Shown in pieces: positions 59,301 through 64,000 of a stretch of DNA of 64,000 nt; within the stretch, counting starts at the first letter, position 1, and each line of letters starts with the position of its first letter. The position numbers and the translations under genes are program-made. The DNA comes from Phaeosaccion multiseriatum (lineage: Eukaryota; Protista; Ochrophyta, other classes), in the NCBI GenBank assembly GCA_965112735.1, contig OZ218952.1, forward strand, positions 5,084,001-5,148,000. Direction: 5' to 3'. The notes beneath the pieces are model-generated. The model was not told where the DNA came from, searched no databases, and saw only the letters and a list, made by a program, of their open reading frames with translations.

Positions 59301-62300
59301 ACTGTCAACAGTATGGCACGCTGGAATGGAAGCAAGAAACCGCATGAGGAGTCGTTTGACGAAGCCCCTTCCTGCCTGCTGCTCCTCGGAGCAAGCCACT
59401 CACCTCCTGACCTCTCTCTCTCTCTGTTGCCCTCTTGTGCTTTGCTGCCTTTGACCCTCTCCATCTCCTGCCTTTGACCCTCCCCCTCTCCTGCCGATCC
59501 CCTCTTCCCCATTGCCATACATCCCATCGCCATCAACGAAGATACTCGCGACGAGTCCAAGACATCCGCCTGGACGATAACGGACTCGAAGGCGTGCTTC
59601 CCCTCGCGTTGGGCTCTCTGACCGAGGCACGAGCCCTTTCCATGGCGAACAACCGATTACTCGGACCTCTGTCGACGGCCATCGGTGACATGCAGGGCCT
59701 GCTGTGGCTCAACCTCTCCAGCAACGCCCTGAGCGGGGAGATTCCAAGGGGGCTGGGGGGCCTCACCGACCTCGTGGAACTCAACCTGGCGTGAGTGCGT
59801 GCGTGGGGTTTGGGTTTCCATATCTGGACGTTGAGGACTTTATGGACTTTGTTGGGCGTTTGACTTTGGGCTGTGGAAAGGGGAGTAAGGCAGGCGGATC
59901 TCGGCCCAGGAGCGAGGGGCGAGGAGGGACGGAGAGAGAGAGAAAAGGAGGCGCTGGTGGGTGCGTGCGTGTGGCCCTGCGCGCCTGAGGGGAAGGAATG
60001 CCCCTGCGCTTCGGCTCGGAAGAGGCATCCTTCCACAGACCCTCACCCCGTCATTCTGTTCGCTCCTCTCCTGCCCCCCCGCCCCCCCCGACCCCATGCC
60101 CATATGATGCCTGTGTATATGCCTGTATGCCTATGCCTGTTGTATGTTCATATGCCCCTCCTCGCCTTCAGCTCCAACAAGCTGGAGGGCAGCATCCCCT
60201 CTGCACTGGAGGGCCTGGTGCATCTGCAGACCCTTCAACTGCAGCACAACTCTCTAAGCGGGGTGCTGCCCGCCCAGGCCTTTGAGGCCCTCCGTAGGCT
60301 CGAGGTGCTGGACTTGAGCTACAACAAACTCCAGGGCAAGCTCCCCTCCCAGATCTCCAACCTGCACGCCGCCAGGGAGGTGAGGGGTAGCGAAGGGGGG
60401 GGGTCTGGGGCGCAGGTGGAGGCAGGGGGTGGCGACGGGCGAGGGGCGAGTGTCGTCTCCAGTCGGGGGAGGGGGGGGGGGGGAGGCGAGCACAGGGAGC
60501 GATGCCCCTGCTCCTCGCTTTCTTCCTTCATGCGCTCGCTCCGTTCGGACCTTCCTTCCTTCCTGGCCTCGTCTTCCCTTCCCCTCCATTCGCTGTTGCT
60601 CCGTGTGGGTTGGTTGTCTCCTCACCCCCACAATGAATCTCCCTCCGTCTCCTTCCTCCCCTCCCTTCCCTCCCTCCCTCCCCCTCCTCCTCCTCCTCCT
60701 CCTCCTCCTCCTCCTCCTCCTCCTCCTCCTCCTCCTCCTCCTCCTCCTCCTCCTCCTCCTCCTCCTCTGCCCCCTGCCCCACTCAGATTCGCCTTGGACA
60801 CAACCAGTTCCATGGTGAGTACGGCTCTGCAGAGGGTCGAGAAGTGCAGTTCCAATTCATGAGTGAATGTGTGTGCCCTCACTATGGTAGTGCTCATCCG
60901 CCTGCCTCTCCGGCCCGCTGCCCCGCTGCCCCTCTGCCTCTGCCCTGCCTCTGTCCCTGTCTGCGCCCCTCTGTGGCTCTGATGCTCTGATGCTCTGATG
61001 CTCTGATGCTCTGATGCTCTGATGCTCTGATGTTCTGTGGCTCTGATGTTCTGTGGTTCTGATGCTCTGTGGCTCTGTGGCTCGGTGTGTCCAGGCACCC
61101 TCCCCAGCGCAATCGGCCTGCACATGAAGCAGCTCAAGGTCCTTGACTTGAAGCACAACACGCTCAACGGAACAGGTGAGTTGAAAGAGTTCACGATCTT
61201 AGGTACACAGTTTACTATGGAGCAACTGAGTTGAAAGAGTTAACGCCTAACAAAGGTAACGAGTTACATAGTTAACCAAAGAGAGGAAAGGGTACGTCGG
61301 CCCTGAGGGTCGGGTGTTTCGGGAGTCTGGGTGCGGGGTGGGCGACAGAGGTTCAATTTCAGTTGAGTAGGCCCTGCCCATGCCAGACAGGCGGTAGAGC
61401 TTGTGTGACCTTCTCATTATATATATAGAGAGAGTCGATCTTGTCAATATCGCACACCATGAATAGAGTCGATATCGAAGCTTCTGTGGTAGAGCGAGGT
61501 GCCGTGGCATCAGCTGGCGTCTGTTGGATGGCTTGCTCGCTGCGGCCCGCTGCCAAGTATGCAAGGCTATAATTTATTGCCTTCTCCTCCTCCCTCCCTC
61601 TTCCTCTTGTTATCCTGAATGCGTGCGTGTGTGCGTGTGCGTGTGCATGTGTGTGTGTGTGTGTGTGTGTGCGTGTGTGTGTGTGTGTGTGCGTATGTAT
61701 GTGTGTACCCCCGCTCGCTCAGTCCCTGAGAAATTGCAGATCAAGCTGGGACAGGGCCGCGTGGCGAGGTGAGAAGCGTTACAGCCCACCCTTCCAAAAG
61801 AGTAGAGGCATATGGGAGAGACCGGACTGCAGCCCAGTAGCTGCTCCCACAGGGTGTACATCGTAGAACACCCGAACCACCAACACCCACACTCCCACTC
61901 CGGCTTCCCGACACGACGCCTCATCTGTCTCTCCGCCCTCCCTCTCTCCCCACCCCTCTCCTTTCTCCCCTTGTGCAGAGACATCTTGCCCGGAAACCGC
62001 TTTGCCGACTTGACTACGGCCATCGTGCTGACCACGCGCCCTCTGAAGGACTTTGCCGACAAAGGGCTGCTTGTCTTTTCCGTTATCATGGGCTACGTGG
62101 ACCTGCTCACAGATGCCGGTACGCACACACACACACACACGCACACACGCACGCACACATACACTCACACACATGTACACACACACGCACACACGCACGC
62201 ACGCACGTCACGCTTCGGAGACGAGCCGAGTAGAGTAGAGCGCGCCCTTTCCACCCCTGCTGAGGCTCGCACCTTATCCCTCCCCCTCCCTCCCCCTCCC

Positions 62301-63460
62301 CCCCTTCTCAGCCGCCGCCGCGCAGTTCTTCATGTCGGGCAACACGCGTGCATTCATCCTTGCCGTCTTCTTCATTGTGTTCCCCACGGCCATTGTCATG
62401 TACTCCATCCTCATTAAAGCGGTGCGTTTCAGTTTCGGTCAGTTTTACTTTCTTTGAGTTGACGGTACCCACACACACCCGCACATTGCACCAGCCAAGG
62501 ATTGCCAACCAATCGAGAGATCACTATCGATTGCTCCCTTGTCCTGCCACCCCTCCTTGGCGCTCACTCACTCATGCGGCCGATATCGGCCCTTCCACCT
62601 CCTTCCCCTGCACTCCACTCCCCTCCCTCTCACGCTCTCTCTCTCAGGACGAGAATGACTATGGCTCCACTTGGCAACGGCGAAGGCACTGCGAATGCAC
62701 AACTCGCAAAGCACGACACGCCCTGCTTGCCTTCCTGCAGCTGCACATCTTCAGCGAGGCCGTCTCGGGCCTCAAGGATGGTACGTAACACCTTCACATA
62801 ACCTTACGGAGCACCTGACGTACGAAGCAAGCATTTGGGCCCTCGTACGTACGTGCGTGCGTGCAAGGCTCAGAGAGTTTTTGCTGCACCCACATACGCA
62901 CACACGCACGCGCACACACACGCATACAGTCAGTCATCGATATCGCGGCATGGGGGAAAAGTGCACACATCTGCATGCACGTGTTCGATCCTGACCTTCC
63001 GCTTTGTCTGTCTGTGCCTGCGTGTGTGTGTGTTTGTGTGTGTGTGCGTGTGTATTTGTGTGTGATTGTGTATTTGTGTGTATGTGTGTGCGTGCGTGTG
63101 TGTGTGCGTGTGTGTGTGCAGGTGAGGAGACAAAGTCCTTCAAGGCGGCGCGCTTCACCGAGGCGTGCTTCGAGGCGGCCCCGCAGCTGCTGCTCCAGGT
63201 GGGTACGATAGGTGGGGTGCGCACAGCTGCCCCGTCCGTGCAGAGGCTGCTGCAGCCACATGGGCCTACTTTAAACCTAACCTAACCCAACTTTCAACCT
63301 CAACGTCTACCTCTGTCCCTGCCTCTGCCTCTACCCATGTGCCTCCACCCAGGCCTTTGTGATCTGCACGGACTGGTCCGACGGCGTGTCGCGTGTGGTG
63401 CTCCTCTCCGTGTGCATCTCGGCGCTCTCTCTAGCATGGGAGGCCACCAACATCTTAGAC

Positions 63461-63521
<61 letters not shown>

Positions 63522-64000
63522 TATGTGTGTGTGTGTATGTTTGCCCGCTTGCACCGCCGTTATGGCACCGTTTCATTTCGGTGCGAGCCGGCAGAGACCT
63601 CACACCCCTCCCCTCCCTCCCCTCCCTCCCCTCCCTCCGTCCCTCCGTCCATCTCTCCCTCCCTCCCTCCCTCCCTCCCTCCCTCCCTCCCTCCCTCCCT
63701 CCCTCCCTCTCTCCCAGGGGTACTGTGGAGGCAGAGGTGTCTCGCTTCATCCGCGAAAAGCGCTCTTCGCGCTTCGGCCCTGTGGGCGGCGAACTCATTA
63801 GGCGCTGGGGCCGTCTGCTGCTGCTGTGGCTCTTCCATGTGGGGGAGGTGAGTAGGGGTGTGTGGGGGTGTAAGTGGGGTTGTGCGTGGGGTGGTGAGTT
63901 GGGGTGTAAGTGCGGTGGTGTATGAGGGTGTGAGTGGGGTGGTGAGTGCGGTTGTGAGTTGGGGTGTAAGTGCTGTGGTGTATGAGGGTGTAAGTGGGGT
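56384..64000 (+). CDS. LRR + XK-related (Xkr/CED-8) multipass membrane protein; 3' end outside the window, 5' exons before 57904 uncertain
   Basis: LRR N-cap (ALTEIWHRLGGEGWRTTRGW), plant-type LxxLxLxxNxLxGxxP repeats at 59.55-61.2 kb, then YVDLLTD, hydrophobic helices, EACFEAAPQLLLQ and SVCISALSLAW (XK-family signature). Confidence 0.8.
60968..61082. repeat. Intronic (CTCTGATG)n / (CTCTGTGG)n 8-mer repeat
   Basis: Directly visible. Confidence 0.9.

Noticed and set aside
63850-64000. GT-rich repeats at the window end as a telomere
   Set aside because: This is an irregular ~60-bp intronic duplication following a GTGAGT donor, not a TTAGGG-type array.

Overview
This is GC-rich, intron-dense eukaryotic genomic DNA. 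Gene content and intron style suggest a brown-alga-like ochrophyte, which is inference only. From left to right: an arginyltransferase (ATE1, - strand, runs off the left edge); a decayed partial duplicate of the downstream TPR gene; a ~17.8-kb gene for a secreted multi-lectin protein (-); a TPR gene; a small Y/N/S/G-rich ORF; an intronless ankyrin gene; an IGHMBP2/SMUBP-2 helicase; a ~9.8-kb TIR-bounded KDZ/Zisupton-type transposon carrying a Ulp1 protease and a second convergent gene; a Cys-rich type I membrane protein; an SDR; and an LRR-XK-family fusion that runs off the right edge. The main discovery is the 12.5-kb '~245-bp satellite' at 5.8-18.3 kb, which is really a tandem array of 50 intron+exon units inside the lectin gene. 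Each unit has CTGAC branch-like motifs, a pyrimidine tract ending in CAG, a 57-nt phase-0 exon encoding a 19-aa repeat (xAxFYxTSTASCxxxxSCx) and a GTGAGT/GTAAGT donor. Variation is concentrated at a few codons, and the array has recently amplified as 5-mer and 10-mer higher-order repeats. It is a candidate exon-cassette diversified recognition protein. All gene models and counts were read by eye, without alignment tools.
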